A stretch of DNA of 64,000 bases. Origin: Candidatus Iainarchaeum sp. (GTDB lineage: Archaea; Iainarchaeota; Iainarchaeia; Iainarchaeales; VGJJ01). Position 1 is the stretch's first letter. Each line of letters begins with the position of its first letter. The stretch spans positions 267,035 through 331,034 of the forward strand of contig JAUYHT010000006.1 in NCBI GenBank assembly GCA_030688545.1, given 5' to 3'. The position numbers and the translations under genes were made by a program. Of the stretch, positions 36,694-46,690 are shown one piece after another. The notes under the pieces were generated by a model that saw nothing but the letters and a program-made list of their open reading frames with translations, was not told where the DNA came from and made no database searches.

Positions 36694-37467
36694 TCACAAT
36701 CCATCTTTCACCCGGTCGGCGAAGTCTTTTGCTTTGCTTTCCATAATCGAAATGGCCTCTTCTACGAGCTGCCTGGTTGAGAGGGCCCCGGTTCCTTCCA
36801 TCGTCATGACGAACCCGCTTTCATCTGGGTCGACTTGGATGATTCCCGCGCCACCCACTTCCTCGCAATGCCCGCAGAGGGTGCAGTCGCTCGGTTCCGT
36901 GATGCTGATCTTCTTTCCTTTCATTTCAATGATGTTCACGGGACAGCTCTTCACCAGCTTTTCTCCCATTTCGGGGGAAATATTCTCATTAATCGTGAAT
37001 AGGGGTAACATGCGGTAGCCCACGATGGCGGGTTGGTATTTGACATGATCCTTCCCCACCCCCACGACGCATTCCCCTTCCAGCCGAATGTGTTGATCGG
37101 CTTTGAGCTTAGCCAGGGGAATCTTTTTGTCCAGGACTTGGATTCCCTCATCCAGGATCTTGATGTCCCCGCTGTACACCGTGCAGGGTCCTTCTGCTTC
37201 AAGGGTCATTTTCACTTTGTCTCCCAGTTTGTAGGATTTGGGATCCATGGAAATAGGAACCAGTCCCAATCGGTGTCCTATGAATTCGTCGAATAACACC
37301 CCATTGTTTTCATAGATACTCAGTTCCTCAATGGCGAGCGTAGGTACTTCAGACATGATGATGCGGCGCAAGGCGTTCATCGTCGCCAGATTTGTCCCTT
37401 TGACCAGGAGTTGGGTTCGGCTCCCTTTCTCCGACAAAACTTTTATCACGTTTCTCGCCATGTTCAT
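36694..37467 (-). CDS. rpoD: DNA-directed RNA polymerase subunit D (Rpo3)
   Basis: alpha-like dimerisation domains; CPVNI...CTLCGHCEE ferredoxin-like Cys cluster. Confidence 0.85.
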   Translation of the reverse strand: MNMARNVIKVLSEKGSRTQLLVKGTNLATMNALRRIIMSEVPTLAIEELSIYENNGVLFDEFIGHRLGLVPISMDPKSYKLGDKVKMTLEAEGPCTVYSGDIKILDEGIQVLDKKIPLAKLKADQHIRLEGECVVGVGKDHVKYQPAIVGYRMLPLFTINENISPEMGEKLVKSCPVNIIEMKGKKISITEPSDCTLCGHCEEVGGAGIIQVDPDESGFVMTMEGTGALSTRQLVEEAISIMESKAKDFADRVKDGL

Positions 37468-37473
37468 TCCCTC

Positions 37474-37863
37474 TTAGACCTTTTTGCTCCGGTGTTTTTT
37501 CTTCTTGCGTGTCCCATCATGGGGAACAGGGGTTACATTCTCGATGGAAATAATCCGCATCCCATTCCGTGTCAAGCTCCGGATGGCGGCTTCGGCTCCC
37601 TGCCCGGGATTGCGGGGTCGGATGCCCCCTTTCGCGCGCACTCTCACGTGGACTTGGTCGATGCCTTTTTCCCGTGCTTTCTGCGCGATGGTTTCGGCGA
37701 TCTTCATGGCGGCATAAGGGCTTCCTTCTTTGTGTTGGGTCTTGATAACCACTCCCCCTGAGCACTTGGCAAGGGTTTCCGCTCCCGTCACATCGGTGAG
37801 GAGCATAATCGTATTGTTGTGCGTCGCGAACACGTGGATCAGTCCTATTTTGTCGTTGGCCAT
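37474..37863 (-). CDS. rps11: 30S ribosomal protein S11 (uS11)
   Basis: GLIHVFATHNNTIMLLTD...GGVVIKT. Confidence 0.9.
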   Translation of the reverse strand: MANDKIGLIHVFATHNNTIMLLTDVTGAETLAKCSGGVVIKTQHKEGSPYAAMKIAETIAQKAREKGIDQVHVRVRAKGGIRPRNPGQGAEAAIRSLTRNGMRIISIENVTPVPHDGTRKKKKHRSKKV

Positions 37864-37869
37864 GGGGGT

Positions 37870-38511
37870 TCACTTCCCTTCCTCGGTGGCGTCGGCTGCT
37901 TCGGGAGATACAGGAGCTTCTCCTTCTTCTCCGACTAATGGGGTTTCAACCCCTTGGGGTTCGCCGCGGGCTTCCGCGAATTCATTCTCCAATTGTTTCC
38001 GGTCCTTCTCTTTCCCATCCGGGGATAGGAGAATCATGGGCTTCCCATAGTAGGCCAGGGCGACCTCTTCATCCTTGGTTACAACATAGGAGGGAATCGT
38101 CACTTTCTTTCCATTCAGGGAAATGTGTCCATGCGTGATGAATTGGCGGGCTTGTTTGGAGGTGTTGGCCAGGCGCTTGCGCCACACCACGGTTTGGAGG
38201 CGTCGTTCGAGGAAGCTGTCAACCGTGAGGGAGAGCACATCATTGAGCGTGGGTTTTCCCCGCATGATGCCCAGTTTAATCATGTTGTCTAAAAGTTCTT
38301 TCTCCCGGGCCGGTCGTTCTTCTAGAGGGAGGGCCAGCACCGCTTTGGCGTTGGCGCGTTTCTTCCGTAATATGGCTTCGACCCGTCGGAGTTCTCGCTT
38401 ATTGGTCAAGCCGTAGGAATCGACCATCTGTCGCTCGTGTTCCAGAATTTTCCGGTCCCACGGTTTCTTGGGGCTCCCATATTTCTTTTTCAAGTGTCGC
38501 GGATCACCCAT
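37870..38511 (-). CDS. rps4: 30S ribosomal protein S4 (uS4), acidic C-terminal tail
   Basis: MGDPRHLKKKYGSPKKPW N-terminus, S4 domain. Confidence 0.85.
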   Translation of the reverse strand: MGDPRHLKKKYGSPKKPWDRKILEHERQMVDSYGLTNKRELRRVEAILRKKRANAKAVLALPLEERPAREKELLDNMIKLGIMRGKPTLNDVLSLTVDSFLERRLQTVVWRKRLANTSKQARQFITHGHISLNGKKVTIPSYVVTKDEEVALAYYGKPMILLSPDGKEKDRKQLENEFAEARGEPQGVETPLVGEEGEAPVSPEAADATEEGK

Positions 38512-38517
38512 AAAATA

Positions 38518-39003
38518 TCACTTCTTCTCTCCCTTCGTGGCGGGAGCCTCTTTCTTCTTATCCACACCCACCGAGGCGCCTCGTTTTCGTCCACTCGTCT
38601 TGGTGCGTTGCCCGCGTACGGTTAGTCCGAGGGAGTGTCGCACGCCTTTGTAGGAGTGCAATTTCTTCATCGTCTGCAAATCATTCCGGATGGCGAAATC
38701 CAGGTCGTTCATGACGAGATGGCCATCTTTTCCGGCAATGGCTTGGCGGCGATTAACAGCCCACAGGGGCACCTGATGGAGCAGTGGGTTCAGCACGATC
38801 TGTTCGAGGTGGGCATCCATGTCTTCTGGGAGTTCCCCGATCTTAGTCAAGTGGGATACGTGGTGCACCCGTTCGAATTCATAAGCGAGGATGCGTGCCA
38901 TGCGCGTGCCGATCCCCTTGATCTCGGCGAGGGCGTGATAAATAGGTTTGTTCCCATTCAAGTCGCGTCCGGCGATACGCACGATATATCGGTTCTCAGC
39001 CAT
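38518..39003 (-). CDS. rps13: 30S ribosomal protein S13 (uS13)
   Basis: IVRIAGRDLNGNKPIYHALAEIKGIG. Confidence 0.9.
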   Translation of the reverse strand: MAENRYIVRIAGRDLNGNKPIYHALAEIKGIGTRMARILAYEFERVHHVSHLTKIGELPEDMDAHLEQIVLNPLLHQVPLWAVNRRQAIAGKDGHLVMNDLDFAIRNDLQTMKKLHSYKGVRHSLGLTVRGQRTKTSGRKRGASVGVDKKKEAPATKGEKK

Positions 39004-39020
39004 AACTATTCATTTTCCCC

Positions 39021-39245
39021 CTAATTCCCCTTCAACATGTCGGTGATATCTTTATGCGTATAATCGGCGGCCAGTTTTACTTTCTTCTCGGTTGGGATGA
39101 GATGACGCACATTGCATTTCCTTTTGGTCCGCGCTCCTTCCGCTAATACGAATCCATCTTTCAATGCTCCGACGACGACTATTTTTTTCCCCGCGTCTCT
39201 CCCAGAGGATTTGTAACAAACCCGGCCTATTTCAAAAAGGGTCAT
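39021..39245 (-). CDS. rpl14e: 50S ribosomal protein L14e (eL14)
   Basis: EIGRVCYKSSGRDAGKKIVVV...CNVRHLIPT. Confidence 0.8.
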   Translation of the reverse strand: MTLFEIGRVCYKSSGRDAGKKIVVVGALKDGFVLAEGARTKRKCNVRHLIPTEKKVKLAADYTHKDITDMLKGN

Positions 39246-39583
39246 GCGGCTTCCCTCCGGAGGAGGTGATCGACATACGGTTGAAGGGGCAGATCTACAT
39301 CGCCTATGGTTTTCTTTCCCGCGGCCACGAGGGCCATTTCATGCACCACGCGCCTTCGCGCCTTTGTTCCCAGGATGCCTCCAAATGGAACAGAAGGTCG
39401 GCGATGGGTCTTGGCGAGCTTGCTCATCTTTTTAGGATTCGTCCCATGGGGAACGCCATGCAGCACTTCATTGGTGAGGGCAGAGCGGAGTATTTTTCGT
39501 TTTTTATCGCGAACTACCATTCGGGTCCCTTTGGCGGTCTTGCGGAACCCGCGGAGTTTTCGTCGATCGGATTTGTTGGGCAT
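39242..39583 (-). CDS. rpl34e: 50S ribosomal protein L34e (eL34), cysteine-free form
   Basis: LHGVPHG...KLAKTHRRPSVPFGG pattern; conserved position. Confidence 0.65.
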   Translation of the reverse strand: MPNKSDRRKLRGFRKTAKGTRMVVRDKKRKILRSALTNEVLHGVPHGTNPKKMSKLAKTHRRPSVPFGGILGTKARRRVVHEMALVAAGKKTIGDVDLPLQPYVDHLLRREAA

Positions 39584-39589
39584 GGTTTT

Positions 39590-40057
39590 TCACGTTCCAG
39601 ATAATATCTTCTTTTCCGCGCGGTCTTCATATAGGGCGAGCACGCGGTTCACCGTAAAACTGATGATCAAGCTGCAGAGCATATACCACCAGAACCAATC
39701 CGCCTGATCCCACACGAGGGTGAGGGGGAAAAACAGATCGATTTTGGCTTCATGATATATGCTGGTGGCGAATACGAACAGCGGCAGCACGACGAGGATA
39801 GATCCAATCATCATCTTGGGCATGTGTTTCATGCTCTTGGTGGTGAGTTCCATCATCTCGCGTTGGACGCGGTCGATTTCGTCTTTGCTGGCCCCTCCTT
39901 TTTTCAATAGTTCCCGGTGCTCCTGACTCTTGGCTTTCATCTCTTTCTGATTTTTCCTGAATTCCTTCCGGTCGATCAGCACGATTTGCAGGATTTGAGA
40001 TACGAATACGATTGCGCCCGCAATCAACACCAAATCCACGCCCGCATTGATTAACAT
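39590..40057 (-). CDS. DUF106-type membrane protein (putative Oxa1/YidC-superfamily insertase homolog)
   Basis: TM-coiled coil-TM-TM architecture and the conserved position next to secY. Confidence 0.55.
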   Translation of the reverse strand: MLINAGVDLVLIAGAIVFVSQILQIVLIDRKEFRKNQKEMKAKSQEHRELLKKGGASKDEIDRVQREMMELTTKSMKHMPKMMIGSILVVLPLFVFATSIYHEAKIDLFFPLTLVWDQADWFWWYMLCSLIISFTVNRVLALYEDRAEKKILSGT

Positions 40058-40166
40058 CGTGTTTTAGACGAAAAACCCCCTTTTTCCAGGTGAAAAGGCA
40101 GGTCCTCGTCACCTACACCCCCTGGGGAATGTTTTAAAAGGTATCAAGGGTTCCGCGTCGTTCCTC

Positions 40167-41552
40167 CTATTTTTCCCCGAAGAATCCTTTGAGGGCGGGG
40201 TGCAGGTCCATGAGCTGCGCCTTCGCCAGTTCCTCGTATAACCGATACACGATCCCCACGGTCAGCAAAACCCCTGTTCCGGAAACCAGGGAGGCCGTGG
40301 TGATATCCGAGAGGCCCGCGAGGAGTCCTACGAAAATGGACCCCAATATGGTGACGTGGGGGATGTATCGGTCCAACACCTTCTGCATGATTCTTGGATC
40401 CCGTCTGAAACCCGGGATGCTCATCCCACTCCTATCCAGTTGTTCGGAGACCGCTTTGCTTCCCTGTCCCCCTAATTCGATCCAGAATCGTCCAAAAACA
40501 ACACACGCTCCCACGAGGAGGAGAATATAGACTAACGCCTGCAGCACCTCCATTCCCGTAGAAGAAGTAATTCCGAGTGTCAACAGCCCCTCCAGGAGAG
40601 AAAATCCTCCCCCCACTTGGGGGTAGCTGGTGGCCCATGCGAGGCCGGAGGTAATGGTGTTCGCCACCGGGATGCTTTGGGTGATGGCCGCCCATAATTG
40701 GATGTTGGCGAACAGGGCAGCCGCCAGGATAACCGGCATGTTGCTCACATAGAGGAGTTTAACCGGAAATCTTCCTCCCGCCCCGGTTTGCCCCATGGCG
40801 ATGGGAATGTTCACATGCATCCCTTCTGCGAATACGATGACGAGGAATATGAGTAGCACGAATATGATGGGTAGAAAACCCACGAAGGCCTGGTAGGCGT
40901 TTCCTTCCAGCAAAGCCTGGCCGATGGTGAAGATACGTCCTGCGCTCCCGAAGGCGTCCGCGGGCCGGAATACTTGCCAGAAGAATCCTTGCGACACCCC
41001 TCCGGCGATGAACAATCCTATTCCGCTCCCAATCCCCCACTTACTGACTAACTCATCCAAGTACATGAGGATAATGCTCCCCACCGCGATCTGTAGAACA
41101 ACGAAAAGGAACATCCCTGGGGCTGCCGTGAGAAACCCCACTCCCTGCACTCCGAATCCCAAGAAGGCCGCTCCCTCGAAGAAGGATAGGATAATAGCCA
41201 ACAGTTTCTGAGCCGCCGTGAACCGGGCTTTGTTCTCTGGAATGGATAGGTCAATCTTCAAAAATCCGCCGCCCACCAATAGTTGGAGAATGATGGAAGC
41301 CAGGACAATCGGCCCAATCCCCACCGTGATCAGGGATCCAATATCCGAGGCCAGGATGGTCTGCAGGGCTTCCGATTGGACCTCGGATTCTCCCGTCAGC
41401 CCAATGAGGGCTACTTGCCCCATGGCGAAGAATAGGATGAGGGCGAGGGCGCTGTAAATCAGGCGTGTCTTGAGCGTGGGAGTGGTTTCGGGCCGTCGCA
41501 CTTCGGGAAGGAGCTTGAGGATTGGGTCTAATCGTTCGAAGAAGCCGCTCAT
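40167..41552 (-). CDS. secY: preprotein translocase subunit SecY
   Basis: 10-TM SecY/Sec61-alpha. Confidence 0.9.
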   Translation of the reverse strand: MSGFFERLDPILKLLPEVRRPETTPTLKTRLIYSALALILFFAMGQVALIGLTGESEVQSEALQTILASDIGSLITVGIGPIVLASIILQLLVGGGFLKIDLSIPENKARFTAAQKLLAIILSFFEGAAFLGFGVQGVGFLTAAPGMFLFVVLQIAVGSIILMYLDELVSKWGIGSGIGLFIAGGVSQGFFWQVFRPADAFGSAGRIFTIGQALLEGNAYQAFVGFLPIIFVLLIFLVIVFAEGMHVNIPIAMGQTGAGGRFPVKLLYVSNMPVILAAALFANIQLWAAITQSIPVANTITSGLAWATSYPQVGGGFSLLEGLLTLGITSSTGMEVLQALVYILLLVGACVVFGRFWIELGGQGSKAVSEQLDRSGMSIPGFRRDPRIMQKVLDRYIPHVTILGSIFVGLLAGLSDITTASLVSGTGVLLTVGIVYRLYEELAKAQLMDLHPALKGFFGEK

Positions 41553-42034
41553 GGGCTATCTCCTTCCCCCGCCACAGGGTCTGCGACTTTCGTCTCGCCC
41601 GTGCCGGATTCGAATCCTTCTTCTATCTCTCCGTCCGCGCCTTCTATCTTGGTGCGCGCTTTCTCGGATACGCGTATATGTTGAACGTAAATGGGGATAC
41701 CTATTTCTCCTCCCCCGAGTAATTTGGATATTCCCACGCGCCGCCCATCCACGATGAGCATCCCCTCTTCTTCTTTGACCCATCCTTTCTCTTTCCACCC
41801 GGGCAAGGCGGCGGCGACCTGGCCCACGTTCAAAGCTTTCCCTTTGGGTTGGCCTTTCAATCGTACTTTCTGTCCGAATGTCTGCCAGTATTTGGAGAAC
41901 TTGTGCTTTTGGCTTCCCGCTCGTCCTCTTCCACCCCTATTTCCCGCGCCCCGGTTGTTCTTGGTGTTCCCATGTCCATGCGTGCGTTTCCCGAGCTGGG
42001 TGCGGTTTCTCGTTTTTTGGCGGCGTACGACCAT
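41549..42034 (-). CDS. rpl15: 50S ribosomal protein L15 (uL15)
   Basis: RTHGHGNTKNNRGAGNRGGRGRAG. Confidence 0.85.
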   Translation of the reverse strand: MVVRRQKTRNRTQLGKRTHGHGNTKNNRGAGNRGGRGRAGSQKHKFSKYWQTFGQKVRLKGQPKGKALNVGQVAAALPGWKEKGWVKEEEGMLIVDGRRVGISKLLGGGEIGIPIYVQHIRVSEKARTKIEGADGEIEEGFESGTGETKVADPVAGEGDSP

Positions 42035-42044
42035 ATTCTTTCCC

Positions 42045-42506
42045 TCACATCATCGACTGGACCAGAGAATCAATTCCATTCGTATAGGGTCCCAGCGACC
42101 CTCCCACCCGGGTGGATTTTTTAATGCCTTTCCTGGCAAATCCCCCTCGAGGGGCATTCAGCCTGAAAACGGGTTTGATTCCTAAGGCTATGAGCGTGAT
42201 TTTTTCTTCCGCAATGGCTTTCCCCGCTTCCTCGAAGGAGGCAAGGTGATGCTGTTTCAGCCAGTCGTCCGTTACCCGTAAGTCACCTGGCCTTCGACCC
42301 CGTTTGGCAAGCAATTGGGCGATGGTCTCCGGGGCTATTTTCCCATACCCGATGTAATCCTTCACCTTGTGGATCATTCCTTTCGTCACCGGGTTATCGG
42401 GCACCAGCACTAAATGGTTTTTCCGGTCGAGCTGGAGCAAGTCCAATGTCTTTCGTATGTCGTGACGCACGTCCTTCAAACCCCGAATGCGGATGAGGGC
42501 GAGCAT
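42045..42506 (-). CDS. rpl30: 50S ribosomal protein L30 (uL30)
   Basis: MLALIRIRG start, archaeal long-form L30. Confidence 0.85.
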   Translation of the reverse strand: MLALIRIRGLKDVRHDIRKTLDLLQLDRKNHLVLVPDNPVTKGMIHKVKDYIGYGKIAPETIAQLLAKRGRRPGDLRVTDDWLKQHHLASFEEAGKAIAEEKITLIALGIKPVFRLNAPRGGFARKGIKKSTRVGGSLGPYTNGIDSLVQSMM

Positions 42507-43300
42507 CAGGTATTCCCTCCCGTGGCAGCGAATTTTCGTTCTATGTCCGGGGAGATGCGCACGCGATTCAATCGTTCAAGGGCATTATAGGCAGCCCGCA
42601 CGAAGTTGAGTTTGGTGTCGCTCGACCCTCTAGTTTGTCCCCAAACATCCGTTATTCCGGCGAACCTGAAAACATCCTGGATCTGCTGCCCCACCACTAA
42701 ACCGGTGCCCCGGGGGGCGGGGTGCAGGGTGACGCGCACACTTCCCGAACGTCCGGTCACCTTGAATGGAACACTCCGCGTAGTCTTAGAGAAATCCTCC
42801 CAGCTCCCTGAGCCGGTGCGCACGGGCATGAGGTTCATCTTGGCATTCCGCGTGGCTTTCCGAATGGCTGGGAACCTTTCCTTGTCCGAGCCCATGCCCA
42901 ATCCGATATATTTCTTCCCATCCCCCACCAGGACGAAAGCAGAAAAGTTGAACTTCCTTCCAGAAGAACGGACATAGGCTGTTTTTCGGGTGTCAATGAG
43001 CTTGTCCATGAGATCAGGGATGAGGAGGTCCACGATGGGTTCTTCCTTAATGGGGAGGTTGCGGGCCCACAGCTCTTCCATCGTCGAAATATCCCCCTGT
43101 TTCACTAGGCGCCCAGCTTCCGTCTTGGGGTTCCAGTCCAGCAATGCCTGTTGCCGCATCTCCTCTCCCCGGGTCATCGCGGGGGTCGGGGTGTCCCCAT
43201 CCACGGGGGTTTCCCCTCGCCGGGGACTGATTCCACGTCGGGAATCTCCTCCCCCGCGTCGGGGTCCTTTTCCAATAGGTTTTCGTCGATCGTTTCTCAT
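42506..43300 (-). CDS. rps5: 30S ribosomal protein S5 (uS5) with ~60-aa R/G-rich N-terminal extension
   Basis: FSAFVLVGDGKKYIGLGMGSDKE core. Confidence 0.85.
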   Translation of the reverse strand: MRNDRRKPIGKGPRRGGGDSRRGISPRRGETPVDGDTPTPAMTRGEEMRQQALLDWNPKTEAGRLVKQGDISTMEELWARNLPIKEEPIVDLLIPDLMDKLIDTRKTAYVRSSGRKFNFSAFVLVGDGKKYIGLGMGSDKERFPAIRKATRNAKMNLMPVRTGSGSWEDFSKTTRSVPFKVTGRSGSVRVTLHPAPRGTGLVVGQQIQDVFRFAGITDVWGQTRGSSDTKLNFVRAAYNALERLNRVRISPDIERKFAATGGNT

Positions 43301-43881
43301 GACTTCAACCCCATTTCAATCTGCTGCTTGGCCCGTTCCACCATGCGTGAGAATGCGGGCCAATCCCCATTCTTCTTGGCGTATGTGGAGAACTGCACCG
43401 TATGCTTTTTAGACGCCTCGTGTCCCGCGAAGGCTTCGATGTGCTGCCCCTTCAGACGGGATTCGGCGGGGAAAGCGTCCGGGTTAGCGGGAATATTTAT
43501 CCCTGCGTCGCGGAGGCCTTTCACCGTGGCAAATAAACGGGTGCCCCGGATGGGGCGTTGCACCCCAATGTCAATGATGGCGGCCTTCCCTTCTTTCCCC
43601 AGAAATTTCTTTCCCGCGAGATACCCCACCAAGTAAGCGGCGGGAATATTTCCCCCATGCCCCGTGTAGGCATACGTGGATAATTCCCCCGTATGAGCGG
43701 CTGTGATAACATGATCCATTCCCTTTTCGGATCGGACGAATTGTACGCGCACGTGGTTGGTGCTTTTCCGGATGACCGCGCGCACGGCTCCGCTTTTGAG
43801 GAAAGCGAGCCGTTTGGTATAATTGGTGCGCCCTTCCCGTCGCCGTCGGAAGGAGGTTTGGAACGTGCTCGTCTTGGTCAT
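43297..43881 (-). CDS. rpl18: 50S ribosomal protein L18 (uL18)
   Basis: FRRRREGRTNYTKRL. Confidence 0.85.
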   Translation of the reverse strand: MTKTSTFQTSFRRRREGRTNYTKRLAFLKSGAVRAVIRKSTNHVRVQFVRSEKGMDHVITAAHTGELSTYAYTGHGGNIPAAYLVGYLAGKKFLGKEGKAAIIDIGVQRPIRGTRLFATVKGLRDAGINIPANPDAFPAESRLKGQHIEAFAGHEASKKHTVQFSTYAKKNGDWPAFSRMVERAKQQIEMGLKS

Positions 43882-44315
43882 GCCTTTTCCTCCTTGGCAA
43901 TAGTCTCGAGGTGGCGTTTTCCTCGGAACACGTTCCCTTTGACCTGGCGGTAGAGTTTAGCGTAATTTCCTTTCAGCTCGCCACTGGTTCGCATCTCGCG
44001 CAGTTTTTTGCGGAGGGATCGGACGCGGGCGATCCATTGCTTCTTGGGTTGTGTCCGCGCTTTCTTGGTGCCGGTGCGTTTCCCCATGCCTGATTTGCGT
44101 CCTTTCCTTTTCTTGGCGTGCAGGATGCGTGCACCTCCGCGGGAATGATAATGGTCTTTCCGCTTGCGCACGATGCGCTGGGCGACCAGTTTGCGCACGT
44201 CATCCCGGGTCATGGCTTCCGTGGCGGGCTTTATTTCCGTGGGGTTGATCCAGATCTTGCTTTCTCCCACATCCAGGATGTCGGCGGCCATGCGTTTGAG
44301 TTTGCGTGGATTCAT
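43878..44315 (-). CDS. rpl19e: 50S ribosomal protein L19e (eL19)
   Basis: LKRMAADILDVGESKIWINP. Confidence 0.85.
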   Translation of the reverse strand: MNPRKLKRMAADILDVGESKIWINPTEIKPATEAMTRDDVRKLVAQRIVRKRKDHYHSRGGARILHAKKRKGRKSGMGKRTGTKKARTQPKKQWIARVRSLRKKLREMRTSGELKGNYAKLYRQVKGNVFRGKRHLETIAKEEKA

Positions 44316-44328
44316 CAGGCATCCTCCG

Positions 44329-45033
44329 TCAGTTCAATACCTTGATCTTCTTTTCGTTCGCATAGGTGATGAGCTGGATGCGCTTTTTCCGGCCCACCGT
44401 AGCGGCGATGCGGGCCGCTTGAGTCTTTCCCAGGCTATCCAACTCTTTCTTCGTGGCGACCCGCACCTCGTCGTACCCGGAAGGGTGTTTTCCCCGAATG
44501 GTTTTGGGCATCCGATACCCGGTTTGGGGGTAGGCTCCATCATCTTTGCGGCGCAGGATATCAATGCCCCGGGGCTTGCGCCACTTGTCAAATTTAGGAT
44601 TGTTTCGCGTGCGCAGGTTCTTTTTTCCAAACCGTCCCCAGAAAACGGGTTTCCATTTTCCAATGAGATCTCCCTGGATGGCCTTTATCGTATCTTCTGT
44701 GCGCACCTTCTCTTTTTTCACCCATGCGTCCTTTTTCCCTTTTTTCTTGACGGTTTTTTCCACCCCTAATTTCTCGTCCTTTTTTGCCCCTTTCTTCAAT
44801 TCTTTTTTATCATTAAGAGTGGGTTTAGCGGGGTCGGTAGCCGTTTTTGTTCCTTCAGGAATTGCTGTTTTTGTTTCTGATTGGGACATATTCTCACCGA
44901 TAGATTTACTTTTGATGGAAACAGGCTTCGATGTCTTTTGATCCGTTTGGGTTTGGCCGGCTGGCTGATTGGGGCGAGCATTTTTTTCCGGCGCGACAGG
45001 CGAGTTGGCTGGAATATTGGTTTCGTCGGTCAT
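44329..45033 (-). CDS. rpl32e: 50S ribosomal protein L32e (eL32) with ~100-aa low-complexity N-terminal extension
   Basis: core KWKPVFWGRFGKKNLRTRNNPKFDKWRKPRGIDIL...GYRMPK; N-terminus T/K/P/E-rich. Confidence 0.8.
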   Translation of the reverse strand: MTDETNIPANSPVAPEKNARPNQPAGQTQTDQKTSKPVSIKSKSIGENMSQSETKTAIPEGTKTATDPAKPTLNDKKELKKGAKKDEKLGVEKTVKKKGKKDAWVKKEKVRTEDTIKAIQGDLIGKWKPVFWGRFGKKNLRTRNNPKFDKWRKPRGIDILRRKDDGAYPQTGYRMPKTIRGKHPSGYDEVRVATKKELDSLGKTQAARIAATVGRKKRIQLITYANEKKIKVLN

Positions 45034-45581
45034 GCGGGGGTCCCTTTGCTCGTGATGTAAATCCCATCCTGGAATACGCGTTGGTCTTTTTTCGTGTTGC
45101 GGCAGGCATTCTCGATGTTGGCGGCGGTCTGGGAGACCGCTTCCACATTGTTGCCAGTGATGGTGATTAATTTTCCCTTCACATCCACTTTAGTATTATC
45201 CCCCACGATCCGGGCGAAGCGGGGGTTTTTCTCTCCCAGATAATTAGCTATTTCAAGCGTCCGTTCCTTCACCTTCACATTCATGGGGAAGTGGGAGTGG
45301 ACAATGGCCAGGGTGTACACATAGGGGGTTTGCAACCCGTGGATGAGATTCTTGATATGCGATTCATACGTTCGGAGGATGGCCAGGGTCTTCCGTTTGG
45401 TGTTGAGGGGGGTGAGGATAATGGCTTCTCCTTCCACTTTCACCTCAACCGATGGCTCGCGCAGGATCTTGAGGGTGGAGGTATTTCCTTTGGTAAAGGT
45501 AAGCGTTCCCCCCTCGTAGTGGGCGGTGGTGCCTGCGGGCAGCCGGGTGGTGATGATCTGTTCTCCCATATAATTATCCAT
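45030..45581 (-). CDS. rpl6: 50S ribosomal protein L6 (uL6)
   Basis: two-domain L6. Confidence 0.85.
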   Translation of the reverse strand: MDNYMGEQIITTRLPAGTTAHYEGGTLTFTKGNTSTLKILREPSVEVKVEGEAIILTPLNTKRKTLAILRTYESHIKNLIHGLQTPYVYTLAIVHSHFPMNVKVKERTLEIANYLGEKNPRFARIVGDNTKVDVKGKLITITGNNVEAVSQTAANIENACRNTKKDQRVFQDGIYITSKGTPA

Positions 45582-45598
45582 CCTGTTCGGAAACCTTT

Positions 45599-45991
45599 TT
45601 AGTAGACGTAGGCCAGGAGCCTCCCCCCGATAGCCTTAGCTTTAGTCTCATCGTGCGCCAACACCCCTTGGGAGGTGGACACGATGATCGTGCCCATGTC
45701 CTTGGCGGGCAGGTATCTTTTCTCAAACCGTTCGAAGTCATTCCGTTTCACCGCATACCGGGGCTTGATCGCGGCCACTTGATTGATGCGTCCGATGAGT
45801 TCAATTCGGTAGAGGCGTTTGTTTCCTTCCTCGACTGGTTCGAAATGACCCACGTACCCTTTCGCCTGGAGGACGCGTAATATTTCTCCCAGGAGGCGGG
45901 ACGCTGGTTTGAGGAGGATTGTTTTTTTGGAGGCGTTTTCGCTGTTTCGGATGTGCGTCAGCGCGTCGGCCAGGGTGTCCATTTGTGTCAT
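45599..45991 (-). CDS. rps8: 30S ribosomal protein S8 (uS8)
   Basis: MDTLADALTHIRNSE; start trimmed. Confidence 0.85.
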   Translation of the reverse strand: MTQMDTLADALTHIRNSENASKKTILLKPASRLLGEILRVLQAKGYVGHFEPVEEGNKRLYRIELIGRINQVAAIKPRYAVKRNDFERFEKRYLPAKDMGTIIVSTSQGVLAHDETKAKAIGGRLLAYVY

Positions 45992-46005
45992 GTTCCGTCT
46001 CCTCC

Positions 46006-46173
46006 TCACTCGTACTTCTTGAATCCCATCATGGGGGCGAACTCTTTGAAGCATCGTCGGCATAAGTCAACCCCATATTTGCGGATCAGGCCCTTGTTGT
46101 TTTTGCAGTTTTTGCAGAAGGGTCGCGGCCGCTTTTTTTTCTCTTGCTTCATCCGTTGTTTGGCCTCATTCAT
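46006..46173 (-). CDS. rps14: 30S ribosomal protein S14 type Z (uS14, zinc)
   Basis: CKNCKN...CRRCF zinc ribbon; start trimmed to avoid L5 overlap. Confidence 0.8.
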   Translation of the reverse strand: MNEAKQRMKQEKKKRPRPFCKNCKNNKGLIRKYGVDLCRRCFKEFAPMMGFKKYE

Positions 46174-46174
46174 C

Positions 46175-46690
46175 TCAAACCACCTTTGCCCCGAATGTTT
46201 CATTCATGAACGTCATGGCATCCTCTTTGGTGATGCGGTGATGTTTTCCCACTTTCCCGGGTCGAAGGGCGCGGCGTTTGATGCGGTATCCTTTCCGTTC
46301 CAGGGTCACCAGGACATCGAAACCCCGGATTCCCATCTTGGGATCATATTTGATTCCGGGGAGATCGATATATTCCCTGATCCCAAACCCAAGGTTCCCA
46401 TTTTTGTCGAAATTGCGTTTGGTGAGTGTGTTCTCTTTGGCGACGAGGGCGTTTTTGAGGAATGCTTCCGCTGTTTTCTTGCGAAGCGTGGTTTTCACCC
46501 CGATGGGAAGGCCTTCCCTTATTCCCCACGCGGGAATCTTCACTTTGGATTTGGTCTGCACCACTTTCATACCCGTTATCTTGTGCAGAATTTCTCCTGC
46601 TTTCTTGAGGGGTTCCCCTGTTTCCCCCACCCCCATGTTGACGGTGACCTTTTCGATGCGTATCCCCCGCATGGGATTATCTGTTTTCAT
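46175..46690 (-). CDS. rpl5: 50S ribosomal protein L5 (uL5)
   Basis: [17 protein letters not shown]. Confidence 0.9.
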   Translation of the reverse strand: MKTDNPMRGIRIEKVTVNMGVGETGEPLKKAGEILHKITGMKVVQTKSKVKIPAWGIREGLPIGVKTTLRKKTAEAFLKNALVAKENTLTKRNFDKNGNLGFGIREYIDLPGIKYDPKMGIRGFDVLVTLERKGYRIKRRALRPGKVGKHHRITKEDAMTFMNETFGAKVV

